Below, piece by piece: positions 1 through 9,399 of a stretch of DNA of 64,000 bases; position 1 is the first letter of the stretch, and the number at the start of each line of letters is the position of its first letter. The stretch comes from Roseomonas sp. (GTDB lineage: Bacteria; Pseudomonadota; Alphaproteobacteria; Acetobacterales; Acetobacteraceae): NCBI GenBank assembly GCA_020249285.1, contig JADCFX010000029.1, positions 29,121 through 93,120 on the forward strand, given 5' to 3'. Below the pieces are notes generated by a model, which searched no databases, had not been told where the DNA came from, and was given only the letters and a program-made list of their open reading frames with translations. Position numbers and translations under genes: made by a program.

Positions 1-1293
1 GCAGCGCTGCAGGCTTTCATGGCGTGGCGCATCATAGGCCTTGCCACTGATGATCCCTTGGCGCGGCTGGCCGGCGCGGCGCTGTTTGTGTTGCAACCAA
101 CCATGCTGGCGCGCATGGGCGGGCATTTCGCGCTTTCGGCGCATTTTCTGCTGCTGATGGGATTATGGCTTTGCCTGACACACACAGCAAAGACGCGTTG
201 GGTGGCCTGGGCCAGCCTGCTGGTCGCGACGGCGCTCATCCACGCCTATTTATTGCCCATGGTGGCGGCACTTTGGACCGCAGATGTGCTGGCGCGCTGG
301 CTGGATGGCGCAAAGCGCAGCGCACTTTTTGCTGAAGTGGTCATCATCTTCGCCCTGGTCGGCGCCGCCCTTTGGGCGGGCGGGATGTTCATGCTGGGCG
401 GCGGCTTTGGCGGAAGCTGGGGCGGCTATGGGCAGATGCAAATGGACCTACTGGCGCCGCTTGATCCATCGCCTTGGGGTGCCTTTCTGCCAGATTTGCC
501 GGGGCCAAATCACCTTGAGGTCGGGCATTCCTATGCCGGGCTTGGCGCGCTTTTGCTGGTGCTGCTTGGGCTGATTGCCTGGGCGAAAAACCCAACCAAG
601 CCGGAAAGACGCTTCTGGCCGCTGATCCTGGTGCTGGCCGCCATGGCGCTGTTTGCTGTTTCGCCGAATGTCTCCATTGCCGGTGCCAGCTTCACGGTAA
701 TCGAGCTGCCGCAATGGATTCAGCGCTATGCGGATGCGCTGCGCGCCTCGGAACGCTTCATCTGGCCGCTTGGCTATGCCGCGCTGATCATGTCCGTCTT
801 TCTGCTGATCCGCTGGCTCGGCGGGCGGCTTGCTGGCTTTGTGTTGGCGGGGCTTGTTTTGATCCAGGTGCTGGACATGCGCCCTGGCTTTGCCCGGCTG
901 CATCACTTTTTCCCGCCAACTGCCGCCACCGTGCCCCTGCGCCTTTCCGACCCGTTTTGGGCTGAGGCCGCGCGGCATTACACGCGCATCCGCATCATCC
1001 CCTCCGGCAATCAGGCGCCTTGGTGGGAGGAGATTGCGGTTTTCGCCGCCACCAAGGGGCTGGAGACCGATGCGGTCTATCTGGCGCGGCTCGACCCCAA
1101 GCGCGTGGCGGCACTGAATGCCAAGTTGGCGCAGCAATTGGCCGAGGGGGAATTTGAGCCCCAAACCCTTTATGTTTTGGCCGATGAAGGCGCGCTTGCC
1201 CTGGCTGGCGCCAGCCATCAGCCGGGCCGCGACCTGATTGGTGGATTTAATGGGCTCTGGGTGCTGGCACCTGGATGGTATGCCCGCAGGTAA
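1..1293 (+). CDS. Polytopic membrane protein, DUF6311-like (possible GT-C glycosyltransferase); 5' truncated by the window edge
   Basis: Frame is open from base 1 to TAA 1293. Many TM segments, motifs HSYAGLG and RASERFIWP, hydrophilic C-terminal domain; adjacent to a polysaccharide cluster. Confidence 0.6.
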   Translation, partial: AALQAFMAWRIIGLATDDPLARLAGAALFVLQPTMLARMGGHFALSAHFLLLMGLWLCLTHTAKTRWVAWASLLVATALIHAYLLPMVAALWTADVLARWLDGAKRSALFAEVVIIFALVGAALWAGGMFMLGGGFGGSWGGYGQMQMDLLAPLDPSPWGAFLPDLPGPNHLEVGHSYAGLGALLLVLLGLIAWAKNPTKPERRFWPLILVLAAMALFAVSPNVSIAGASFTVIELPQWIQRYADALRASERFIWPLGYAALIMSVFLLIRWLGGRLAGFVLAGLVLIQVLDMRPGFARLHHFFPPTAATVPLRLSDPFWAEAARHYTRIRIIPSGNQAPWWEEIAVFAATKGLETDAVYLARLDPKRVAALNAKLAQQLAEGEFEPQTLYVLADEGALALAGASHQPGRDLIGGFNGLWVLAPGWYARR

Positions 1294-1515
1294 AATGGCT
1301 TTGTGCCAATAGCTTAACGGGCGTTTTTCTCACTTACCCTGAAGCCGCCCCCGCAGCGCCGCAGAATACGCCGCGCTTGCCACAATCTGGCCGCAACCGC
1401 GGCCCAAATCCGCCCCCGTTGAGGACGTAAACCCTTCATCGATACCGGGAATCCGGTGCCCCCCAGTGAGAGGTCTCACAGCCTCTTTCTTTCAGGTTCG
1501 AAGGTTCAGGACACC

Positions 1516-2202
1516 ATGTCCAGCGTACCCGTACAGACCATCCAGCAATCCTCGACCCGGACCATTGGTCTGGAACGTGACCGCAAGGCGCTGTTCCCCA
1601 TAGCGAAGCGTGCGCTTGATATCATCGGCGCTGGCGTTGGGCTGGTGTTGCTCGCCCCCTTCTTCCTCATCGTGGCGTTGATGGTACGCGCCGATGGTGG
1701 CCCGGCCTTCTTCGCGCATCAGCGCGTGGGGCGCGGCGGCAAGCTTTTCGGCTGCCTGAAGTTCCGGTCCATGGTGGTGGATTCGCAAGCGCGCCTGGAA
1801 GCCCTGATGGCGAATGATCCGACCGCACGCGCTGAATGGGAAGCGACCCGCAAGCTGAAGAATGACCCGCGCATCACGCCGATTGGGCGCTTCCTGCGCT
1901 CGACCAGCCTTGATGAATTGCCGCAGCTGATCAATGTGCTGCGCGGTGAGATGAGCCTGGTCGGCCCCCGCCCCGTGCAGGAAGCGGAGATTGATCGCTA
2001 CTACGGTGCCTCCGCCGCGCACTACATGGCAGTGCGCCCGGGCATTACCGGCCTTTGGCAGGTGAGCGGTCGGAACGAAACTTCTTACGAATCCCGCGTC
2101 GCGCTGGATGTTGCTTACGTGTCGCGCCCTTCGCTGCTGGCAGACCTTTCCATTCTGTTGCGCACGCCAGTTGCGGTATTGTCGCGTCGCGGCGCGCATT
2201 GA
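1516..2202 (+). CDS. Priming undecaprenyl-phosphate sugar phosphotransferase (Bac_transf; WcaJ/ExoY/WbaP-like)
   Basis: KRALDI, FGCLKFRSM, DPRIT.IGRFLRSTSLDELPQLINVLRGEMSLVGPRP, RPGITGLWQVSGRN. ATG 1516 follows CAGGAC; the ORF track starts earlier at GTG 1456. Confidence 0.92.
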   Translation: MSSVPVQTIQQSSTRTIGLERDRKALFPIAKRALDIIGAGVGLVLLAPFFLIVALMVRADGGPAFFAHQRVGRGGKLFGCLKFRSMVVDSQARLEALMANDPTARAEWEATRKLKNDPRITPIGRFLRSTSLDELPQLINVLRGEMSLVGPRPVQEAEIDRYYGASAAHYMAVRPGITGLWQVSGRNETSYESRVALDVAYVSRPSLLADLSILLRTPVAVLSRRGAH

Positions 2203-2212
2203 AGGTGTCGGC

Positions 2213-2232
2213 GCGCGGCAATCCTGCCGCGC
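2213..2232 (+). terminator. GC-rich hairpin after the sugar transferase (possible terminator or processing site)
   Basis: GCGCGGCA-atcc-TGCCGCGC, followed by only a weak pyrimidine tract. Confidence 0.3.
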
Positions 2233-2276
2233 CCTTCCTGTAAGTTCCAGCGCACAGCCGGCTGAAGGGTCTGCCA

Positions 2277-3797
2277 ATGGCTGAGGCGCAAACCTCCACT
2301 TCTGCGGAACGCGCGGGCGGGCGCAGGCTGGTTTCCGGTATTCTCTGGAACGGGCTTGGGCGAGGACTGCCCTTATTGCTCGCCCTGGTCATCACTCCGT
2401 TTCTGGTTGGCGCCCTTGGCGTGGAACGCTGGGGGCTTTTTACGCTTGCGCTGGCGCTGATCGGCATTTTTGGCGTTTTCGATCTTGGCCTTGGCATGGC
2501 GCTGACGCGCGGCGTTTCGGAGAAACTTGGCACAGGCGCGGTTGAAGAAGCGCGCGCCATGATTGGGGCGACATTACTTGCGCTGCTTGGCGTATCGTCC
2601 GTCATCGCGGTAGCGCTTTTCCTGACTGTGCCCTGGCTGGTGGGGCGCTTCCTGAATGTGCCGGAAGCCTTGCAGCAGGAAGCCATCACAGCCTTTCAAT
2701 TACTGGCCGCCGGTGCGCCTTTGGTGGTGTTGAATGCCGCGCTTTGGGGTGTGCTTTCCGCCTGGCAGCGCTTTCGGATCGCCAATCTGGTCAATATCCC
2801 GCTCAATACGTTCTACTATCTCGGCCCTTTGCTGGTGCTTTTCGTTTGGAACAGCCTGATTGGCGTGATGCTGGCGGTGATTTTGGTGCGGCTGTTCAGC
2901 GGCATTGCCTATGCCATCATTGCGCATCGCGATGTGCCAGGGCTTGGCTTGCGCGAAGCACACTTTGGCCTGATGCGGCCTTTGCTGCGCCAGGGTTTTT
3001 GGATGAGCCTTTCCGGCGCGCTGACGCAGCTATTGCTTTACGCTGATCGCTTCATCATCGGCGCCATGCTGACGCTTACAGCCGTGGCGTTTTACGCAAC
3101 ACCGCTTGATCTCATCATGCGGCTTTGGATCATTCCTGTGGCGGTGGCGCAGACAATGTTGCCGGCCATTGCTTCTTCCTTCCGGGAACTGCCAGACCAT
3201 ACCGCCTTGCTGATCAAGCGCGGGGCGCTGATTGTGATGCTGTTGAGCCTGCCTGCCTCCCTCATTCTGATTCCGGGTGCGGAGCTTTTCTTGCGGCTTT
3301 GGTTGGGCGCGGAATTCGCCGCGGGAGGCGGGCAGGTACTGCGTATCCTGGGCTTTGGCATTTTCTTTTCATGCCTCGCCTTTATCCCTGGAGTCTTGCT
3401 GGAAGCGATCGGGCGGCCGGATGTGACGGCCAAATTCTCCTTGGTACTGGCAGCGATTTTCCTGCCGCTCAGCGCAGCGCTTCTGCCCTGGCTTGGTATT
3501 GAAGGTGCGGCACTCGCTTGGGCGGCGCGCTGCGTGGTTGATTGCCTAGGGCGCTGTTGGTTCGCAGCAAGGCTTTACCCGGCCGTGCGCGACACCATGC
3601 GCGAATTGCTTTGGCCAATCATGCCCGCCGCCCTTGGTTTGGCAGTGTTGGTGCTTTTGGGCGGCTGGCTTTGGCCCTTGCTGCTGGCAGCGCTGATTTT
3701 TGGCTTGGTTTTCGCCGCCGGCTGGTCCATTGCCGCGCCGCAAGACAAGACCAGCGCTTTGGCGCTGATCCGTGGGAAGGGGCGCCGCAGCGCATGA
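2277..3797 (+). CDS. wzx: Wzx-type oligosaccharide flippase
   Basis: 506 aa, about 13-14 TM segments; GVFDLGLG and ADRFIIG..L....VAFYATP are typical of the MOP/Wzx family; lies in a GT cluster. Confidence 0.85.
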   Translation: MAEAQTSTSAERAGGRRLVSGILWNGLGRGLPLLLALVITPFLVGALGVERWGLFTLALALIGIFGVFDLGLGMALTRGVSEKLGTGAVEEARAMIGATLLALLGVSSVIAVALFLTVPWLVGRFLNVPEALQQEAITAFQLLAAGAPLVVLNAALWGVLSAWQRFRIANLVNIPLNTFYYLGPLLVLFVWNSLIGVMLAVILVRLFSGIAYAIIAHRDVPGLGLREAHFGLMRPLLRQGFWMSLSGALTQLLLYADRFIIGAMLTLTAVAFYATPLDLIMRLWIIPVAVAQTMLPAIASSFRELPDHTALLIKRGALIVMLLSLPASLILIPGAELFLRLWLGAEFAAGGGQVLRILGFGIFFSCLAFIPGVLLEAIGRPDVTAKFSLVLAAIFLPLSAALLPWLGIEGAALAWAARCVVDCLGRCWFAARLYPAVRDTMRELLWPIMPAALGLAVLVLLGGWLWPLLLAALIFGLVFAAGWSIAAPQDKTSALALIRGKGRRSA

Positions 3798-4870
3798 TGC
3801 CAATCGCCATCAATGGCCGCTTCCTGACGCAGGGCATGACTGGCGTGCAGCGCTTTGCACGCGAAATCACCGCGGCAGCGGATCGGCTGGCGGGGCATGA
3901 TGCCTGGCCAAAGGCGTGGCTATTGATACCAAACAGTGTGGCGCAAAGCCCCTTCGCCTATTTCGAAGCGCAGGCCATTGGCCAGAAATCCGGCCAGCTT
4001 TGGGAACAATGGGAATTGCCCAAAGCGGCCAAGGGTTCCTTCCTGATCAACCTCGGCAATACCGCGCCGCTGATGCTGGGCCGCGCGCAGGCCGTGGTGA
4101 TCCATGATGCCGGCGTGTTTGACACGCCAGAGAGTTATTCATTTACCTTCCGCGCCTGGTATCGCTTTCTGCACAAGAAGCTCGCGCGGTCCGGCGCGCA
4201 ATTACTGACGGTTTCAGAGTTTTCGCGCGGGCGCATTGCTGCGACGCTGGGCGTGGCGCCCGATGCCATCGGCGTTCTGCCGGAAGGTGGCGATCACATG
4301 CTGCGCATCTCGGCCGACATCAGCGTTTTGGCGCGCCATGGCCTGGAAGCAGGCCGTTATGCCCTGGTGGTGGGCAATCCAGCGGCGCACAAGAACCTGG
4401 CCGCGCTGACCAGTGCCGCGGCGCTGCTTGGCGCTCGTGGCTTGACGCTGGCCGTTGCAGGCGCGGCTGACCCGGCGGTGTTTCGGGCCGGGGGCGGGCC
4501 TGCTGCGGATGCCGGGCGTATCCTGGGGCGCGTGAGTGATGCCGAATTGCGCGCGTTATATGAAAATGCGCTCTGCCTTATTTTTCCATCGCGCTATGAA
4601 GGGTTTGGTCTGCCGCCTTTGGAAGCCATGACCTGTGGCTGCCCGCTTGTCGCCGCCCATGCCGGCGCGGTGCCTGAGGTTTGTGGCGAAGCCGCGCTTT
4701 GGTTCGATCCGCTGCGGCCTCAGACCCTGGTCGAGGCCTTGGAAAGGCTGCTGGATGAAGAAGGCCTGGCCGCCGGCATGCGGGATGCGGGGCTGAAGCG
4801 TGCGGCGCATTATACTTGGGAAAAGGCCGCGCTTGCCTTGTTGGCCCTGATCCGAAAGAACGCGCCATGA
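3794..4870 (+). CDS. Glycosyltransferase family 4 (GT-B)
   Basis: INGRFLTQ.MTGVQRFA N-terminus; FPSRYEGFGLPPLEAM motif; ATGA overlap with the wzx stop. Confidence 0.9.
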   Translation: MMPIAINGRFLTQGMTGVQRFAREITAAADRLAGHDAWPKAWLLIPNSVAQSPFAYFEAQAIGQKSGQLWEQWELPKAAKGSFLINLGNTAPLMLGRAQAVVIHDAGVFDTPESYSFTFRAWYRFLHKKLARSGAQLLTVSEFSRGRIAATLGVAPDAIGVLPEGGDHMLRISADISVLARHGLEAGRYALVVGNPAAHKNLAALTSAAALLGARGLTLAVAGAADPAVFRAGGGPAADAGRILGRVSDAELRALYENALCLIFPSRYEGFGLPPLEAMTCGCPLVAAHAGAVPEVCGEAALWFDPLRPQTLVEALERLLDEEGLAAGMRDAGLKRAAHYTWEKAALALLALIRKNAP

Positions 4871-5997
4871 AGATTGCGCTGGTGCATGAATGGCTGGATA
4901 GCTACGCGGGTTCGGAACGCGTGCTGGAACAGCTTCTGCTGGAATGGCCGGAAGCGGATGTCTTCGCCGTCTGCGACTTCATGCCGGAAGCCGAACGTGG
5001 TTTTCTGCAAGGCAAGCCTGTCACCACCAGCTTCATCCAGCGCATGCCTTTTGCACGGAAGCATTTCCGCAAATTCCTGGGGCTGATGCCGCTTGCGATC
5101 GAACAGCTTGATCTTTCCGCTTACGATGTCGTGATTTCATCGTCTCACGCCGTCGCCAAAGGCGTGCTGACCGGGCCGGGGCAGATTCATGTTTCCTATG
5201 TGCACAGCCCCATGCGCTATGCCTGGGATTTGCAGCATCAATATCTCCGCGAAGCGGGCCTCACGCGCGGCGTGAAGGGCGCCTATACGCGCTGGCTTCT
5301 GCATCGCATGCGGCTTTGGGATCGCGCGAGTGCGCTCAATCCCGATATCGTGCTCGCCAATTCAAGCTATATCGCGGAACGTATTCAAAAAACCTGGAGG
5401 CGTAATGCGCGGGTTTTGCATCCGCCGGTGGATATTGAAAGCTTCACACCTGCGCCGAATAAGGGTGATTACTACCTGATTGCGTCTCGGATCGTCCCCT
5501 ATAAGCGCGTTGATCTCATCGCTGCGGCTTTTAGTGCCATTCCGAACCGCAAGCTGATCATTGTGGGTGATGGCCCGAATGAGGCGCAGGCGCGCGCCGC
5601 CGCCGGCGATGCGCCCAATATCACCTTCAAAGGCCGCGTCGCGCGGTCTGATCTGATTGCGCTGACGCAAGGCGCGCGCGCCGCAGTTTTCGCCGCCGAG
5701 GAAGATTTCGGCATCGCCACCGTGGAAGCGCAAGCCTGTGGCACGCCAGTGATCGCCTATGGCCGCGGCGGCGCGCGCGATATCGTCATTGCGCCACCCG
5801 ATACCCGCCCCACTGGAATTTTCTTCCAGGAACAAACCACCGCAAGCCTGATCGCCGCGGTGGAGCGGTTTGAAGCCATGGCGCCCGCCATCACGCCCGA
5901 AGATTGCCGAGCCAATGCGGAACGCTTCAGCAACGCGCATTTCCGCCAGCACTTCCGCCGCGTAGTGGATGAAGCGCTTGGGATTGTTGCGGTATGA
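4867..5997 (+). CDS. Glycosyltransferase family 4 (mannosyltransferase-like)
   Basis: MKIALVHEWL...GSERVL, YVHSPMRYAWD, EEDFGIATVEAQACGTPVIA; ATGA overlap. Confidence 0.9.
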   Translation: MKIALVHEWLDSYAGSERVLEQLLLEWPEADVFAVCDFMPEAERGFLQGKPVTTSFIQRMPFARKHFRKFLGLMPLAIEQLDLSAYDVVISSSHAVAKGVLTGPGQIHVSYVHSPMRYAWDLQHQYLREAGLTRGVKGAYTRWLLHRMRLWDRASALNPDIVLANSSYIAERIQKTWRRNARVLHPPVDIESFTPAPNKGDYYLIASRIVPYKRVDLIAAAFSAIPNRKLIIVGDGPNEAQARAAAGDAPNITFKGRVARSDLIALTQGARAAVFAAEEDFGIATVEAQACGTPVIAYGRGGARDIVIAPPDTRPTGIFFQEQTTASLIAAVERFEAMAPAITPEDCRANAERFSNAHFRQHFRRVVDEALGIVAV

Positions 5998-6869
5998 GGT
6001 TTTCACTGATTGTCGCAACCCTTGGCCGCAGCCGCGAAATCGGCGAATTGCTGGAAAGCCTGCTGGCGCAAGGCCGCGATGATCTTGAAGTGATCATCGT
6101 GGATCAGAATGCAGATTATCGGGTGGCGCCGGTGCTACAGCCTTATGCAGCGCGCATGCGCATCACGCATCTGCGTTCCAGCATCCGCAATGCCAATCAC
6201 GCGCGCAATCTTGGGCTGCGTGTGGCGCGCGGTAAGATCGTGACTTTCCCTGATGATGACTGCCTTTATCCGGCGGGCGTGCTGGCGCGTGTTGATGCCG
6301 CCTTTCTTGCTGTGCCATCGCTTGGCGTGCTGACGGGCCCGGCGGCATCGCCGGAAGGCGGGCTTGGATCGGGGCGTTGGCGTGACACCTCGGGCGCGAT
6401 TGACCTGACCAATGTCTGGACCAGCGTGATTGAATTCAACCTATTCCTGCCACGCCAATTGATGCTGGCGCTGGGTGGTTTTGACGAGAAGCTTGGCCCC
6501 GGCACGCGCTGGGGCTCGGCCGAGGGCAATGATCTGGTCTGTCGCGCCATGGCACGCGGTGCCGTTGCGCAATATGATGCGGGCTTACGCATCATCCATC
6601 CTGACAAGCGCCTGACGGAAGTGGCGGTGTCTCGTGCGGCGAGTTACGGGCGCGGGCTTGGTTTTGTGCTGCGCCGGCATGGCGTGCCGCTTTCCGTCTG
6701 GTTCGCCTTTCTGGTGCGGCCGCTCGGCGGCGCGCTGATAAGCCTGTTACGGCTGCGCTTTCATAACGCCGCCTATTACGCCATGAGCTTTTGGGGCCGG
6801 CTGATCGGTGGCCTGGCGCGGGAAGCACGTGAAGCCCCCCTGCCCGCGCCGCTACAAGGGGTCGCGTGA
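5994..6869 (+). CDS. Glycosyltransferase family 2
   Basis: FSLIVATLGR, IIVDQN, ARNLG, FPDDDC (DxD). Confidence 0.88.
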   Translation: MRFSLIVATLGRSREIGELLESLLAQGRDDLEVIIVDQNADYRVAPVLQPYAARMRITHLRSSIRNANHARNLGLRVARGKIVTFPDDDCLYPAGVLARVDAAFLAVPSLGVLTGPAASPEGGLGSGRWRDTSGAIDLTNVWTSVIEFNLFLPRQLMLALGGFDEKLGPGTRWGSAEGNDLVCRAMARGAVAQYDAGLRIIHPDKRLTEVAVSRAASYGRGLGFVLRRHGVPLSVWFAFLVRPLGGALISLLRLRFHNAAYYAMSFWGRLIGGLAREAREAPLPAPLQGVA

Positions 6870-7738
6870 TGCACATCACCATCGGCATCGCCACCCGTGG
6901 CAGGCCGGCCATTCTGGGGGGTGTCTTGCGCGATCTAGCGCGGCAGTCTCGCCCAGCGGATCGCATTCTGGTCTGCCATGTTTCGGCCGATGACATCACC
7001 GGGTGTGACACCATTCCCGGCGTGGACTTCATCACCGCCGCAGCCGGCCTGCCGCGCCAGCGCAACCGGATCCTGGATGAAGCGCGTGACAGCGATGTTG
7101 TGCTGTTTCTGGATGATGATTTCCTTTGCAATGCAAAGTTTCTTGCCGTGCTGGAAAGCTGTTTTGAAAAACATCCTGAGATGGTGGTCGCGACCGGCAC
7201 AGTGATCGCCGATGGCGCAAATGCGCCGGGCTATGATTTGGCCGAAGGCGCCGCGTTGCTCGCCGCCGATCCGGGTGTCGCGGATGCCTTTGCGGTGACC
7301 GAAGCTTTCAACGGCTATGGCTGCAACATGGCCTTTCGCATGGCTACCGTGCGCGCCCATGATATTCGCGTTGATGAACGGCTTCCGCTTTACGCCTGGT
7401 ATGAGGATATTGATGTGACGCGCCGGCTTGGTGCGCACGGGAAAATCCTTCGCCTTGCCGGTGCGCGCGGCGTGCATCTTGGCGCGAAGGCAGGGCGCGT
7501 GCCGGGCCTCAGGCTTGGTTATTCGCAGGTGGTGAACCCCATCTACCTTGCGATCAAAGGCTCCTTCCCATGGAGCCACGCCATCCCAAGTGCTGCGCGG
7601 CATTGCGCAAAGAACCTGCTGCGGTCTGCCTTTCCTGAGCCCTGGGCGGATCGCTGGGGCCGGTTTCGCGGCAATATGATTGGGCTTTGGGATGTGCTGC
7701 GCGGGCGCGTCACGCCGGAACGCATTCTGGATTTGTAG
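6866..7738 (+). CDS. Glycosyltransferase family 2
   Basis: GLPRQRN, LFLDDDF (DxD), GCNMAFR, WYEDID. Confidence 0.88.
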   Translation: MMHITIGIATRGRPAILGGVLRDLARQSRPADRILVCHVSADDITGCDTIPGVDFITAAAGLPRQRNRILDEARDSDVVLFLDDDFLCNAKFLAVLESCFEKHPEMVVATGTVIADGANAPGYDLAEGAALLAADPGVADAFAVTEAFNGYGCNMAFRMATVRAHDIRVDERLPLYAWYEDIDVTRRLGAHGKILRLAGARGVHLGAKAGRVPGLRLGYSQVVNPIYLAIKGSFPWSHAIPSAARHCAKNLLRSAFPEPWADRWGRFRGNMIGLWDVLRGRVTPERILDL

Positions 7739-7824
7739 GGCGCGCGCCCCGCGCATTTACCCCCTTTCCCTTCTGGCCAAGCCATAGGAACATCCCCTGA
7801 TCAATATCAGGAGGAAGCTCAGCC

Positions 7825-8241
7825 ATGAGCCTTGAACCAGGCCGCGCCCGGCCGGAACCGACGCCCGAAACCCGCCACTTCTGGGAGGGGCTGCGCCAAG
7901 GAAAGCTGTTGCTCCAGCGCTGCGGCGATACGGGCAAGCCCTATTTCCCGCCGCGCCCCTTCAGCCCCTATACCGGCACGCGCAATGTGGAGGTTTTTGA
8001 AGCATCAGGCCGCGGCACGCTGCATTCCTATGTGATCCATCATCGCCCAGTGCCGGGCTTCAAGCCGCCCTATGCGATTGCAGTGGTGGAACTCGAAGAA
8101 GGCCCGCGCATGATGACGAATATCGTGGAATGCCCGCAAACACCGGAAGCCTTGGTGCTGGATATGAAGCTGGAATTGGCGCCGACTAAGATGGATGACG
8201 ACATCACCCTGCCCCTTTTCCGCCCCGCGAAGGAGGGCTGA
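7825..8241 (+). CDS. Zn-ribbon/OB-fold protein (DUF35 family), partner of a thiolase-like enzyme
   Basis: PETRHFWEG...LLLQRC....YFPPR, SGRGTLHSY, PYAIAVVELEEGPRMMTNIV. Confidence 0.88.
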   Translation: MSLEPGRARPEPTPETRHFWEGLRQGKLLLQRCGDTGKPYFPPRPFSPYTGTRNVEVFEASGRGTLHSYVIHHRPVPGFKPPYAIAVVELEEGPRMMTNIVECPQTPEALVLDMKLELAPTKMDDDITLPLFRPAKEG

Positions 8242-8244
8242 GCC

Positions 8245-9393
8245 ATGATACGTCCCGGTGAAATTGCCATTGTTGGCGCGGCTGAAAGCACACGCATTGG
8301 CGCCGTGCCCGATATGGCGCAGATCATGCTGCATGCGGATGCGGCGCTGAATGCCATGGCGGATGCAGGCTTGAAGCCCGCCGATATTGATGGCGTTGCC
8401 TGTGTTGGCCCGATGATGCCGCAGCAGATCGCGCATTACCTTGGCATCACGCCGAAATGGGTGGATGGCACAGGTGTGGGCGGCTGTTCCTTCATGCTGC
8501 ATGTGCGCCATGCGGCCGCGGCCATCCATGCCGGCTATTGCAAGACCGTGCTGATCACGCATGGGGAAAGCGGCAAATCTCGCGTGAATGGCACGCCGCG
8601 CCCGGCGGAACCGCAAAGCCTGAATGGCCAATTCGAAGCGCCCTTCGGTCCCATGGGTCCGCCGACACTCTTCCCCATTCCGGTGCTGCGCTACATGAAG
8701 ACCTATGGCGTCACGCATGAACAAATGGCGCAGGTTGCGGTCGTGCAACGCGAATGGGCGGCGAAGAACCCACGCGCTGCCTTCAAGGACCCGATCACGA
8801 TTGATGATGTGCTGAACAGCAAAATGATCGCCTATCCCTTCCGGCTGCTGCAATGCTGCCTGGTAACGGATGGCGGCGGCGCGCTGATCCTCACCTCCTC
8901 CGATCGCGTCAAGGATTTCCCGACCAAGCCTTGCTATATCCTGGGCAGCGGCGAAAGCGTGGAAACCACCATGGTCAGCCAGATGGAGGATTTCACCTCA
9001 TCTCGCGCTTTCCGCGTAGCGGGGCCGGAAGCCTTCCGCATGGCTTGCATCAAGCACAGCGATGTGGATCATTTGATGATCTATGATGCCTTCGCGCATC
9101 TGCCCATGTATGGCTTGGAAGATCTTGGCTTCGTCAAGCGCGGTGAAGCCAAGGATTTCATCTGGGAACGCAATACCGCGCCGGGTGGGAGGCTTCCGAT
9201 CAATACCAATGGAGGCGGGCTTTCTTACACGCATACCGGCATGTATGGCATGTTTGCCTTGCAAGAAAGCGTGCGCCAAGTGCGCGGCACCGCACCGGCG
9301 CAAGTGCCCAATGTGAAAATCAGCGTGGCGCATGGCGTGGGCGGCATGTTCTCGGCCTCCGGCACGGTGGTCCTCAGCAATCAACGTCCCTGA
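8245..9393 (+). CDS. Thiolase-like protein (SCP2/Ltp2-type)
   Basis: GGCSF, CCLVTDGGGA, IYDAFA, NTNGGGLSYTH, C-terminal HGVGG; downstream of DUF35. Confidence 0.85.
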   Translation: MIRPGEIAIVGAAESTRIGAVPDMAQIMLHADAALNAMADAGLKPADIDGVACVGPMMPQQIAHYLGITPKWVDGTGVGGCSFMLHVRHAAAAIHAGYCKTVLITHGESGKSRVNGTPRPAEPQSLNGQFEAPFGPMGPPTLFPIPVLRYMKTYGVTHEQMAQVAVVQREWAAKNPRAAFKDPITIDDVLNSKMIAYPFRLLQCCLVTDGGGALILTSSDRVKDFPTKPCYILGSGESVETTMVSQMEDFTSSRAFRVAGPEAFRMACIKHSDVDHLMIYDAFAHLPMYGLEDLGFVKRGEAKDFIWERNTAPGGRLPINTNGGGLSYTHTGMYGMFALQESVRQVRGTAPAQVPNVKISVAHGVGGMFSASGTVVLSNQRP

Positions 9394-9399
9394 GAGAGG

